A DNA stretch of 64,000 nucleotides from an uncultured virus (IMG/VR IMGVR_UViG_3300044678_003135) (Duplodnaviria; Heunggongvirae; Uroviricota; Caudoviricetes): the IMG/VR virus record IMGVR_UViG_3300044678_003135; one strand, 5' to 3'. A program made the position numbers and the translations under genes. The notes below the pieces were generated by a model, which was given only the letters and a program-made list of their open reading frames with translations, had not been told where the DNA came from and ran no database searches. Position 1 is the stretch's first letter; every line of letters starts with the position of its first letter. Below, piece after piece: positions 1 through 8,943 of the stretch.

Positions 1-189
1 ATGTTCGATGCTTTGCTTGCGCGGGTCAAAGCGGAGAAGTTCCCAGGTCCCAACAACCGCACCGACAGCCGCGATGAGCGAATCCAGCGGCTGCTCCAGG
101 AGGCCTACCAGGCCGCGGCCGCCGATCACCGATCTCATGGGAGGAAGCTCCAGCAACGGATCGATGGCCTGCGCGCTCGTTGCTGTTGA
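1..189 (+). CDS. Small head-module protein ending in the LQxRIDxLR helix (may be 5'-truncated)
   Basis: ORF ends LQQRIDGLRARCC and contains RTDS; same motif as neighbouring genes. Confidence 0.6.
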   Translation: MFDALLARVKAEKFPGPNNRTDSRDERIQRLLQEAYQAAAADHRSHGRKLQQRIDGLRARCC

Positions 190-190
190 G

Positions 191-1432
191 ATGAGACACC
201 ACGGCTCGGTGGATTGTGCAGCCCTGCAACACCGGCTTGATGCCCTCAGGCGGAAATGCACCACCGGCTATGGGTGCGGATCGACCTGCATCAGCATCAA
301 GAAGGAGTGCCGGGTCAGTCCCGGCAGCTCGACTGGCAAGCAGCGCATGAAGCGGCTGCTGGCCCTGGCCGCGGGCGAGAAGGTGTCCCAGCAGCCGCGC
401 AGTGGCATCACGATCACGACTGATTCGGACGGAGGAGAGCCTCGACTCAATGGGCTCAAGCCAACACGCAGTCTTGGCAGTGGGGCATTTGGCAAGACCT
501 ACCAGTTCGACACAGAAGACGGGCCGGTGGTGGTGAAGGTCAACGGTCTCACGATGGGCGATCCTGCTGAGAGCAACCCAGGGGTGGGCCTGGCGGAGCA
601 GCGGGAAAACGTGGCTCGGCGAGAGTTCAAGAACCTGCAGCGGGCCCATGCGACCGGACTGGGCCCCGAACCCATCGGCAAGCTCACCCATCTGCCCGAT
701 GGCCGCTGGAGCCTGGCCTACCGAATGCTGCCGGGCTCAAAGCTCACTCCGTCTCACAACACAGTGGAGCTGACCTCTGAAGCTGCCACGTATCTGGCCG
801 ATCCCAAGGCCGCTGCCAGATACGTGGCTGGGGCGCTGCAACTGGCCCGCCGGCAGGCCGACACGGGTCTAATCCATGGCGACTTGCATGGCGGCAACGT
901 ACTGGTGGGCCCTGATGGCACCCCACGCCTGATCGACTGGGGACAGGTGCGCGAAAGCCGCAATCCATGGAATCAGGGCACCCGGAGCCCAGCAATGAAA
1001 GCAACAGACGAGGGCTATGCGCTCATTCCTCTTCTCAGCATGGCCGGACAGGCGCAGCGCCTGCCGGAAGCAGCCAAAGGCGTCTCTGAGCTTGTGGCCA
1101 TTGCCCGAGAAAAGGCAAGAGATGCAGAGATGGCATTCGGCCGCGTCATCGCAGCCCACGACTTGGCCTGGAAGGAAGCCAACGAAGAGAAAGTGGGAGC
1201 CAAGCTGGAGAAGGGTGAGTTCCGTCGGCGGATGGTGGAGGCCAACAGGCTCAAACGAGAGGAGGGGATGCCCTACGACATGGCTCTACGGGATCCCCGT
1301 GTCGGACTGGAGGCCCCCCTGACGCCAGAGGTGCTGGCCCGGGCCGCTGAGGCCCGTGACGCCATCTTTGGCCAGAGTGACCTCAATGAGATGCGGCGCG
1401 AGCTGGATCGCCGTTTTGGGGGCCGAGCATGA
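191..1432 (+). CDS. Protein kinase-like (Ser/Thr or APH-fold) protein with N-terminal Cys-rich module
   Basis: GSGAFG glycine loop, VVVK lysine, HGDLHGGN catalytic loop, IDWG; start set at ATG 191 just after the upstream stop. Confidence 0.85.
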   Translation: MRHHGSVDCAALQHRLDALRRKCTTGYGCGSTCISIKKECRVSPGSSTGKQRMKRLLALAAGEKVSQQPRSGITITTDSDGGEPRLNGLKPTRSLGSGAFGKTYQFDTEDGPVVVKVNGLTMGDPAESNPGVGLAEQRENVARREFKNLQRAHATGLGPEPIGKLTHLPDGRWSLAYRMLPGSKLTPSHNTVELTSEAATYLADPKAAARYVAGALQLARRQADTGLIHGDLHGGNVLVGPDGTPRLIDWGQVRESRNPWNQGTRSPAMKATDEGYALIPLLSMAGQAQRLPEAAKGVSELVAIAREKARDAEMAFGRVIAAHDLAWKEANEEKVGAKLEKGEFRRRMVEANRLKREEGMPYDMALRDPRVGLEAPLTPEVLARAAEARDAIFGQSDLNEMRRELDRRFGGRA

Positions 1433-1620
1433 GACAACCATTCCCCCGTCGCTTTCAGTTGCTTGCGGCTATGAATGAGGCCCGGGGGCGTGGCGACGTG
1501 GCGGCGTTCTACCGGCTGGAGGACGAGCACCTCCGCGAGCTCACCGGCCGGCCTGCTCTCACAACCAATGACAGCCTCCAGCGTCGCATCGACGCCCTGC
1601 GGGCGCGCTGTGGCCCCTGA
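1429..1620 (+). CDS. Small protein ending in NDSLQRRIDALRARC
   Basis: ATGA overlap with the kinase stop; abuts the MuF start; carries the shared helix motif. Confidence 0.7.
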   Translation: MRQPFPRRFQLLAAMNEARGRGDVAAFYRLEDEHLRELTGRPALTTNDSLQRRIDALRARCGP

Positions 1621-3006
1621 ATGGCTGACCGCTCCCTGGATCTGATCGAGCAGCTCGACCAGGAGCTGCGGGGCCTGGAGGACCAGCAGCTGCGGAAGCT
1701 CAAGGGCATCTTCGATGAGGCCCTGCGCCGCACCATCCGCAGCCTGATGGATCGCCTGGAGCGGATCGAGGCCCAGCCCGACTACGACCCGGCCACCACC
1801 CCCGGTGCCTTCCTGGGCTCCACCCCGGATGGCCCGGTGCCGATCACCCCGTTGCAGAAAGATCAGGCCAGCCTCTACCTGCAAGGCCAGCTGGCCCAGG
1901 ACCTGCAGGTGATCATCAACCGCTTCCCGGCCGATCGGGCAGCCAATGCAGCCCTGAACCGTGAGCTCACGGAGCTCTACAACCGGGCCCAAGATCTGGG
2001 GACTGAGTACGCCCTCGAGCTGTCGCGGGACATGCTCCCCCCGGCGGCCGTGCTCAGCAGCCGCCACCCCTCGCTGCAGGACCCCCAGCTGCCACCGGCG
2101 GCACCACCGGCCCCCACCGACGCCCCGGCCCCGGGCAGCCCCTACCAGGAGGGGCAGAGCTTCACCAGGCTCCTGAACCTGGGGGCCGTCATCGCCGCGT
2201 CTGAGCGGGACTTCAAGACCCTCAGCGCCGACTACCGCCGCCAGCGCAACGCCGCAACCTCCGATCGGGTCTGGGCAGCGAAGGACTATTTCTTCCGCTG
2301 GTGGCGCGACTGGGGCGATGCCGTGCAGTTCGAGACCGCCACTCAGATGGCCACCGGCGTCGACAGCCGCGCCCTGGCCCGCAACCTCAAGGCCCGCCTC
2401 CCCCACATCAACGATGCGTTTCGCAACCGGGCCGAGACCGTGGCCCGCACCGAGACCCACATCGCCGCCGGCGAGGCCAGAGAGCGCACCTTCCGCCGCA
2501 TCGGCGTTGGGTTCGTGCGGTACGTGGCCACCGCCGACGATCGGGTCTGCGAGTTCTGCGCACCCCGGATGGGGGCCCTCTATTACGCCGGCAGCGTCAA
2601 AACCCCCATCCATCCCAGATGCAGGTGTGCCCTTTCCCCGATCACCCTGGAGGCGCTGGTGATCCAGAACCAGTTGGCGGCCAACCGCGGCGAGCGCTGG
2701 GAGGATCAGCAGCAGGCACTGGCCGCGGGGACCCGCAGGAAGTACGACGAGGCCAGCACCAGGCCCTGGCGGCCAATCGGCGGCACCGGTGAACCCCGGG
2801 GCCCGCGGGACTACCCCCTGATGGAACGCACCGCCCTGCCGGCCACCACTCCAAGGCCCAACACCGAGAACAACCCCGCCAACGGTGGGGCCAGGCCCTG
2901 GCCATCGGGGGATCCGGTCTGGACCCCCTCCAGGGGCTGGATCAATGCCGCCGCTCGCGAGGCCTACGAGGCCATGGTCAATGAGGTGGCGGAGCTGGAG
3001 GTGTGA
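1621..3006 (+). CDS. Phage head morphogenesis protein (MuF / SPP1 gp7 family)
   Basis: RAETVARTE...ATADDRVCEFC...PIHPRCRC signature of the MuF domain. Confidence 0.9.
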   Translation: MADRSLDLIEQLDQELRGLEDQQLRKLKGIFDEALRRTIRSLMDRLERIEAQPDYDPATTPGAFLGSTPDGPVPITPLQKDQASLYLQGQLAQDLQVIINRFPADRAANAALNRELTELYNRAQDLGTEYALELSRDMLPPAAVLSSRHPSLQDPQLPPAAPPAPTDAPAPGSPYQEGQSFTRLLNLGAVIAASERDFKTLSADYRRQRNAATSDRVWAAKDYFFRWWRDWGDAVQFETATQMATGVDSRALARNLKARLPHINDAFRNRAETVARTETHIAAGEARERTFRRIGVGFVRYVATADDRVCEFCAPRMGALYYAGSVKTPIHPRCRCALSPITLEALVIQNQLAANRGERWEDQQQALAAGTRRKYDEASTRPWRPIGGTGEPRGPRDYPLMERTALPATTPRPNTENNPANGGARPWPSGDPVWTPSRGWINAAAREAYEAMVNEVAELEV

Positions 3007-3292
3007 CAGTCCTGATCTCGGCAGCGGCACCGAACGCTCGGCCGAACTCAGCAAAGGCGTTTTCCGCCTGCTTCACCGTTGCCAGGACCTGGTTCATCTG
3101 CTTGCCGACCGACCGAACAACTTCGGCGTAGCGCCGGATGCGTGCAGAGAACAGCTCCTCAGGCTTCGCAGGCCAGAACTTGTCCCACTGCATCTGGCCC
3201 CAGATGGTGCCGCCTTTGAAGGGGGCAGTGTTGGCCCAGTGGATGCGACCGATTCGGCCTCCGGTGCTGGTGAAGGAAATGAAGGTGACCAT
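2978..3292 (-). CDS. Hypothetical protein
   Basis: ATG ORF downstream of 3349-3837 on the same strand. Confidence 0.5.
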   Translation of the reverse strand: MVTFISFTSTGGRIGRIHWANTAPFKGGTIWGQMQWDKFWPAKPEELFSARIRRYAEVVRSVGKQMNQVLATVKQAENAFAEFGRAFGAAAEIRTVTPPAPPPH

Positions 3293-3348
3293 GGGAAGCG
3301 TGCGATGGGAAGGGGTGCCGGATGGGCTCCGGCGGGCCGTGGTGGTGC

Positions 3349-3837
3349 TCAGGCAACAAGGGCCTTGCGGACCTGGTAGCGGGTGAGCCCCAGTGTGCCG
3401 GCGATCTCCCGCTGGCTGCAGCCCTGAGCGGCGAGACGCCGGACCGAGGGCGGTGCGACGTTGGCGGAGGTGGTGACCGGAGCGGCATCTGGGGCCGGCA
3501 AAAGTTCGGCGCCGTTAGTGATAGCAACGGGTTTCGGCCCCACGGGGGTGGTGACCATTTCCGTGGCGCCAGGAAATTGGTCTGGAGCTGAACCTGTAAG
3601 CCTGGCTTTCAAGTTGCCCCCGGACAACCCCAGCCGGGCCAGGCCGTGGAGCTGGTGCTCCTGGGCCCAGGCCACCAGCTGATGCCAGCGCTCGCCGGCC
3701 ATGAAACCCAGCGTGTAGATCAGGGCCACCACCGCCCCCAGGCGGCGGGCAGCGGCATGGAGCGTCGGGCCCCAGTCGGAGGAAAGGCCCCTGGTGATGG
3801 TCTTCAGATCGGGAGCGGTGATGCAGATCGTGGTCAT
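3349..3837 (-). CDS. Membrane-anchored protein with C-terminal HTH
   Basis: Hydrophobic LGAVVALIYTLGFMAG; C-terminal RRLAAQGCSQREIAGTLGLTRYQVRKAL. Confidence 0.65.
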   Translation of the reverse strand: MTTICITAPDLKTITRGLSSDWGPTLHAAARRLGAVVALIYTLGFMAGERWHQLVAWAQEHQLHGLARLGLSGGNLKARLTGSAPDQFPGATEMVTTPVGPKPVAITNGAELLPAPDAAPVTTSANVAPPSVRRLAAQGCSQREIAGTLGLTRYQVRKALVA

Positions 3838-3941
3838 GGTTCGGTCCTATGAGGGTCCCGGCGGCTGCTCAGAGCCTGCTCAGGGTGGGTTGTAATGCGG
3901 TGCCAGCAGGGCCACTCAGGGCTCTTCTGCTGGATTTGATT

Positions 3942-4016
3942 GCCCCCTAACTGCTGGGGGCGGATCGGCCCGGTTTTGCGCCTATGGCCGGCTGGCGATC
4001 GGGTTGTCTCCCCCGA
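3942..4016 (-). ncRNA. Putative structured 5' leader RNA, copy 1
   Basis: Three predicted hairpins; sequence and layout shared with 61511-61574. Confidence 0.5.
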
Positions 4017-4113
4017 CGCCTGAACCGTACCACAGGCAGCGCTTATGAGACGGTATCTAAGGAAAACGTCGTCAAAGCGCTAGGCTCCGAAACCACTGCA
4101 CCGCAGCCTATCC

Positions 4114-5418
4114 ATGAAGCTCGGCTATGCCCGCGTCTCGAAGGAGGAGCAGGCCGACTCCCTGCCAGCTCAGGTGGCCAGGCTTCGGGCGGCCGGTTGT
4201 GATCGGATCGTGGAGGAGCTGGAGAGCGGTCGGAATGACGATCGCCCCGGCCTGGCGGAAGTGATCCTTGAGGTTCGCTCAGGCCGCGTGGCCGAGCTGG
4301 TGATCACCAGAGCCGATCGGCTGGGCCGCAACGCCGCCTTCGCCGATGAGCTGCTGGCCCTGTGCGGGATCCAAGGGGTCAAGGTCACGGCGATCGACGG
4401 CGGCACCATCGAAGCGGCGTCACCCCAGGGATTCATGCAAGCCCGGATCCTCACCACCATGGCCGAGGTGGAGTCGCGGATGCTGAGCCTGCGGCTGCGG
4501 CGGCAGTTTGAGCAGTACCGCTCCCAGGGCCGCCACCTACGGCGCCGGAAACCGTTTGGGTATCGAGGCGGTGCCAACCACAAGTTGGAGCCCCACCCGG
4601 AGCACTGGCCCCAAGCGTTGAAGGTGTTGGAGAGGTTGCGGCAGTTGGGGAGTTTCTCAGCGGTGATGAGAGAATTGCCGAGCTGGTGCGAGTGGACCCC
4701 GGCGAGCCCAAACCTGCAGGCTTGGTTCTACAACCCCTGCATCAGGGGGCACGTGGGCCACCTACTGCAGAAAGGCAGCGGGAAGAGCTGGAATCAGCAA
4801 TGGGGCGAGATCCACTACGACCAGCACCCGCCGCTGATCGGTGAGGCCGATTGGCAGGAGCTGGCGATGTATCTGCGGCGGCCCAGCAACACCTTTCTGG
4901 GTCGAGGCCGTGAAGCTCGCCATGGGTTGACCGGGTTGCTGAGCTGCGCGGCGTGCGGCCACAGCCTGCGCCGCAACAACTCGGGGAATACGGCGTGGTG
5001 GCGTTGCCGTCACCGGTTGTGCGAGGAGAAAGGCGCCATCCGGGAACCTGATGCCATGCCTCTGGCGGTGGCGGCGTGCGTGGCTGCTGCAGATCGCCTG
5101 GCGGCAGCGTATGCCATGCCCGCCGACGAGGATCCGGCGGTGGCGGCAAAGCGGCGGGATCTGGAGCAACTGGAGGGGCTGGCTAGGCGCAACCCGGCGA
5201 TTGCATCGGCGTGCGTTGCGTTGCGGACGGAGATTGCCAGCCTGATAGGACGGCCGAGGGTGGCACCTGAGTTGGCTGGCTATGCCGAGCGGATCAGCGA
5301 CCCTGAGTTTTTCGCGGGTGCGACACCAGAGGAGCAACGGGCGCTGTTTTCGGCGGTGCTGGAGACCCTGGCGGTGGGTCCAACGGGGGAAGTCCGCGCT
5401 CAGCCGCGTAGCTGGTAA
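4114..5418 (+). CDS. Large serine recombinase (integrase)
   Basis: YARVS catalytic motif, ESG...RPGL, DRLGR, recombinase domain and Zn ribbon LTGLLSCAACG...WRCRHRLC. Confidence 0.95.
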   Translation: MKLGYARVSKEEQADSLPAQVARLRAAGCDRIVEELESGRNDDRPGLAEVILEVRSGRVAELVITRADRLGRNAAFADELLALCGIQGVKVTAIDGGTIEAASPQGFMQARILTTMAEVESRMLSLRLRRQFEQYRSQGRHLRRRKPFGYRGGANHKLEPHPEHWPQALKVLERLRQLGSFSAVMRELPSWCEWTPASPNLQAWFYNPCIRGHVGHLLQKGSGKSWNQQWGEIHYDQHPPLIGEADWQELAMYLRRPSNTFLGRGREARHGLTGLLSCAACGHSLRRNNSGNTAWWRCRHRLCEEKGAIREPDAMPLAVAACVAAADRLAAAYAMPADEDPAVAAKRRDLEQLEGLARRNPAIASACVALRTEIASLIGRPRVAPELAGYAERISDPEFFAGATPEEQRALFSAVLETLAVGPTGEVRAQPRSW

Positions 5419-5445
5419 GGCGACTGGCGATGGCCTCGCGGAGGG

Positions 5446-5748
5446 TCATAGCTGCGTCCGGCCTTGATTGACGGCGCGGATCAGCTGCTCAGGGCATTGC
5501 CTGACGGCTTCGGCCACCATCAGCTGCTGAAACGACGGGTCGCGCATCTCTGCGGACCAGAGGTAGGCATTGTCCGAAAGCCCCACTCGCACGGCGGCGC
5601 GGATGGTCAGGTCGGCGCCCAGGGCCCGGCAGATCGAACCGGCCGTGGCCCAGGCCGCAGTGCCCACGCCGGCATGGGCTGGCGCCGCATGGCAGGCGCC
5701 GAGCGTCAGCAGGGCGGTGGTGATCGCAAAGCGGGAAAACGATGTCAT
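5446..5748 (-). CDS. Exported hypothetical protein
   Basis: Signal-peptide-like MTSFSRFAITTALLTLGACHAAPAHA. Confidence 0.6.
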   Translation of the reverse strand: MTSFSRFAITTALLTLGACHAAPAHAGVGTAAWATAGSICRALGADLTIRAAVRVGLSDNAYLWSAEMRDPSFQQLMVAEAVRQCPEQLIRAVNQGRTQL

Positions 5749-5797
5749 TGATCCGGGTCGGCTCAGGCCGGGGATGGTCGGATCATACCCCCACAGC

Positions 5798-5811
5798 CGA
5801 ACTGATGTATT
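5798..5811. promoter_or_regulatory. LexA-like box (1 mismatch)
   Basis: CGAAC-TGAT-GTATT in a divergent intergenic region. Confidence 0.45.
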
Positions 5812-5844
5812 GTTGTTACGCACTCACAACGTAGCGATCTCAAC

Positions 5845-6093
5845 ATGCCCACACTCCTTCTCCCCGTTCTGCCAAAGCCCGCCTCTCGGCCCCCTGCGCG
5901 GGTTCTACATCCCCAGTTCCGGGCCCGCCGCCCCAAACGATCAGCCCCTGCCCCTTGCTGCAATGCCGGCCTGATTGCCATCTGCCTATCTGGTGTGGCC
6001 CTGGTCGTGGCGCTGGTGGCTTTCTCGATCGTGCGGGACATTGCGGCGCTTAATGGGCCTGCACAGCCCCTGGCCGCGCCGCTTCGCCCGTGA
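5845..6093 (+). CDS. Small membrane protein
   Basis: Single hydrophobic segment LIAICLSGVALVVALVAFSIV. Confidence 0.4.
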   Translation: MPTLLLPVLPKPASRPPARVLHPQFRARRPKRSAPAPCCNAGLIAICLSGVALVVALVAFSIVRDIAALNGPAQPLAAPLRP

Positions 6094-6177
6094 GCTGCGG
6101 CCCCCATGGCAAGGCCCGGTTTTGGCATTGCCAACCAGGGCCATGCCTACCATGAGGGCGATCCAGAGTCGCCATCC

Positions 6178-6471
6178 ATGAACCGTAACGAATGCGCCTA
6201 CGCCGCCCAGCACTTCCTGGCCTTCCTGAAGCAGGTTGGCCCGATCGAGGCGGCATGGGCTATGAACACGGTTCTCGAAACGCTGATGGAGCTGCCTCCA
6301 GGCAATGACCACGTGGCCGCGGCAGAGACGGCCCTTAAAGAGTCGCTGGCGGAGTTTGATGAGCTGGCCCAGGTTGCCAGCAGCGAGCCAGCAGACGGTG
6401 GTGGAGAAGCGCTGCTGGCTGAAGGACTCACACCAGAGCCCACCGCCAAGAAATCCGGCAAGGCCAGCTGA
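6178..6471 (+). CDS. Hypothetical acidic protein
   Basis: ATG ORF with phage-like codon usage leading into the fibre cluster. Confidence 0.55.
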   Translation: MNRNECAYAAQHFLAFLKQVGPIEAAWAMNTVLETLMELPPGNDHVAAAETALKESLAEFDELAQVASSEPADGGGEALLAEGLTPEPTAKKSGKAS

Positions 6472-6508
6472 TTGTGAGGCCTAGCCTGACGCCAGCTGCC
6501 CGCCAGCT

Positions 6509-6862
6509 ATGACACAGCCGCAAATCCTCACGCTCAGCGCGGTCTATGAAGGCACGACGTGGGAAGGAATTAACTCGGTAACGCTGGAGCAGCCGGCCGG
6601 GATCCCGCTGGACCTGACCAATGCGCAGCCGCGCATGGTCTACCGGCGAGTCGGTGAGAACCTGGAGAGGTTGAATCTTGTCGTTGGCGCTGGGATTCAG
6701 ATCACCAATGCCGCAGGTGGCATTTTCCGAATTAACCCGCAAATCCTGCCACTGACGGCAGGAAGCTACTACTGGGAGATCATCCTCACGCAAGCCAACG
6801 GAACGATCATCCCGCTTTTCGCAGGAACACAGGAAATCACCAGGCTTGGGAGGGCGTCGTAA
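6509..6862 (+). CDS. Virion structural adaptor-like beta protein
   Basis: PLDLTNA...GIQITNAAGG...AGSYYWEI pattern typical of phage Ig-like/BppU-like proteins. Confidence 0.6.
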   Translation: MTQPQILTLSAVYEGTTWEGINSVTLEQPAGIPLDLTNAQPRMVYRRVGENLERLNLVVGAGIQITNAAGGIFRINPQILPLTAGSYYWEIILTQANGTIIPLFAGTQEITRLGRAS

Positions 6863-6864
6863 CA

Positions 6865-8205
6865 GTGGATATAACGGCAGTTGTTGTACTGAACGAGACC
6901 CCCCTCCAGGCCACGGTGAACCCGCCGCCTGGGCAAGGCGGTGCGGGCGACGTCGGATCTGGGACCGTGACCAGCGTGGGCCTAGTTGTCCCGACGGGAT
7001 TCTCAGTGAGCGGCTCGCCAGTGACGGTGAGCGGCAACATCACCCTGTCGTTTGCCGCTGGATACAGCCTGCCCTCCAACACCAGCCAGGCCAACTGGGA
7101 CACCGCCTTCAGCGAGCGGCTCCGCTGGGACGGCAGCAGTACGGGGCTGAATGCAGCGACCGCCCGCACCACCCTGGAGCTGGGCACTGCGGCCTTAACC
7201 GCCGCAACCGATTACGCCACGGCAGCGCAGGGAACCAAAGCCGACACGGCGGTTCAACCGGCAGCGCTCACCGCAAAAGCCGACTTGGTGGGCGGCGTGG
7301 TGCCCACCAGCCAGATCCCGGCGGTTGCGGTGGTTCAATACCTTGGCCAAGCGGCCAACCAGTCCGCAATGCTCGCCCTTCGCGGGGAAGGCGGTGACTG
7401 GTGCATCCGAACTGACTCCTACACGGAATGGGTGATCGTCGCCAATAACGGCGCCTCCCTGGCGGACTGGATCCAGCTCCCCACTGGCATTGCACCGGTC
7501 AGCTCGATCAACGGGCAGACCGGCGCTGTCACGCTGGGAACAGGCGACCTTGGCGAGAGCGGCGGCAACCTGTTCTTCACGGCCGCCCGAGCGATCGGCG
7601 CGGCGCTGACCGGATTCACCTCAGGGGCCGGGACCGTTGGCGCGTCGGACTCGATTTTGCAGGCACTGCAGAAGGTCGTCGGGAACATCGCAGAAAGGGC
7701 CTTGGGCGGCCTGATCGGCTCCAGCGGTTTGACCATGGCCACCAACCGCATTGCCGGCCGCGGCACGGCAGGAGTGGGGGCGGTCGAGGAGATCACCCCA
7801 GCCGGCGGGCTTTCGATTCAGAGTGGCAACCTTGTAATGACCGAGGGCATAGTCCTCACCATTTCAAACAATGGGGAAACTGCGGTCCCTCGTAATAACT
7901 ACGAAGAGAAAGCCGTAGATCGGGCTTGCACAGTAATAGGTGTGACTTTTGAATTAAACCCAACAACTGTATCAACCAGCGGCAGCAGCCAGGTGATGCT
8001 GTTTGCCCGCCGCAGTGGGACAAAGACCAATCTTTTGAGCGCCAACGCATCCCTGCCCGTGACCACTGGTATTTATACAAATGTGAGCGGCACCCTCACG
8101 GGCAACCTGACCCTTGTGGCCGGGGATACCGTAGGGGGCGACCTAATCCAGGTCGGCACAGGGGCCACCGGCCTCAAGCTCACTGTTTACGTTCGTTACT
8201 CCTAA
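6865..8205 (+). CDS. Fibre-like virion structural protein
   Basis: Gly/Ala/Thr-rich; GTVTSVGL, DYATAAQGTKADTAVQP, VSSINGQTGAVTL fibre motifs. Confidence 0.75.
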   Translation: MDITAVVVLNETPLQATVNPPPGQGGAGDVGSGTVTSVGLVVPTGFSVSGSPVTVSGNITLSFAAGYSLPSNTSQANWDTAFSERLRWDGSSTGLNAATARTTLELGTAALTAATDYATAAQGTKADTAVQPAALTAKADLVGGVVPTSQIPAVAVVQYLGQAANQSAMLALRGEGGDWCIRTDSYTEWVIVANNGASLADWIQLPTGIAPVSSINGQTGAVTLGTGDLGESGGNLFFTAARAIGAALTGFTSGAGTVGASDSILQALQKVVGNIAERALGGLIGSSGLTMATNRIAGRGTAGVGAVEEITPAGGLSIQSGNLVMTEGIVLTISNNGETAVPRNNYEEKAVDRACTVIGVTFELNPTTVSTSGSSQVMLFARRSGTKTNLLSANASLPVTTGIYTNVSGTLTGNLTLVAGDTVGGDLIQVGTGATGLKLTVYVRYS

Positions 8206-8210
8206 ACACC

Positions 8211-8876
8211 ATGACCCCCATGACCCCCACAGCAACAAATCCCACCACTGGAATTGAGTATTACACCTCAGGACCATTGGATGGCAAAAGCGTTGCCTTG
8301 TTTGTTAATGTAAGCAACGGCAACATTAACAACCCACGCGGTGATCACTGGCCCACCGGCAACGGTGGCGTTCACGATTTCAGCGAAGAATTTTACGAAT
8401 ATGTGCCGTTCGAGGGAGCGCCCTTTGACTCCGAGCTTAGGTTTGTTGATTCCGAAAACAGTGGCCGCTTTCTAAAGCCAGCCGTACCCAAGCCACCAAC
8501 CGGCCACCCTCAGGGGACCTACGAGGAGACCCGTGTGCTCAAGCGGCGCAGTAAAGCTGAGCTGAAAACTTTGGCTAGGGGGTACTGGGAATCTAACAAC
8601 CGTGCGCTTTGGCCGCAAGAGCTTGGATATAATGAAAAATTGGCTTATGCTGAAAAACAGATAGCGGCGCAAAACGATTTGCCTGAATTTATAGCCCTTG
8701 TGGAACGCCACGAAAAACTTCTGGCTGCATCGTTTCATAACGATAGAAGACTAGCTGTAATTTACGCTGCGATTGAAGAGGCTGGGGAAACCGGCAACAT
8801 TGACGATTGGCCCTTTAGCAAAATGCAGGACAACAGTGAAAGCGCTACGGGCTGGGTCAATGGAATTGAGGAGTAA
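8211..8876 (+). CDS. Hypothetical protein, possible fibre chaperone
   Basis: Directly follows the fibre gene; lower GC. Confidence 0.65.
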   Translation: MTPMTPTATNPTTGIEYYTSGPLDGKSVALFVNVSNGNINNPRGDHWPTGNGGVHDFSEEFYEYVPFEGAPFDSELRFVDSENSGRFLKPAVPKPPTGHPQGTYEETRVLKRRSKAELKTLARGYWESNNRALWPQELGYNEKLAYAEKQIAAQNDLPEFIALVERHEKLLAASFHNDRRLAVIYAAIEEAGETGNIDDWPFSKMQDNSESATGWVNGIEE

Positions 8877-8943
8877 TGAACAACGCCTTCCGCCGCCCTG
8901 GATTTCCCCTGCCGCTGGCTCGCCAGATCGGAGGTTGCCAAAA

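Noticed and set aside
1273..3054. Long antisense ORFs (also 11108-12646, 16784-18223, 58601-60307 and others)
   Set aside because: Shadows of GC-rich sense genes that carry recognisable domains
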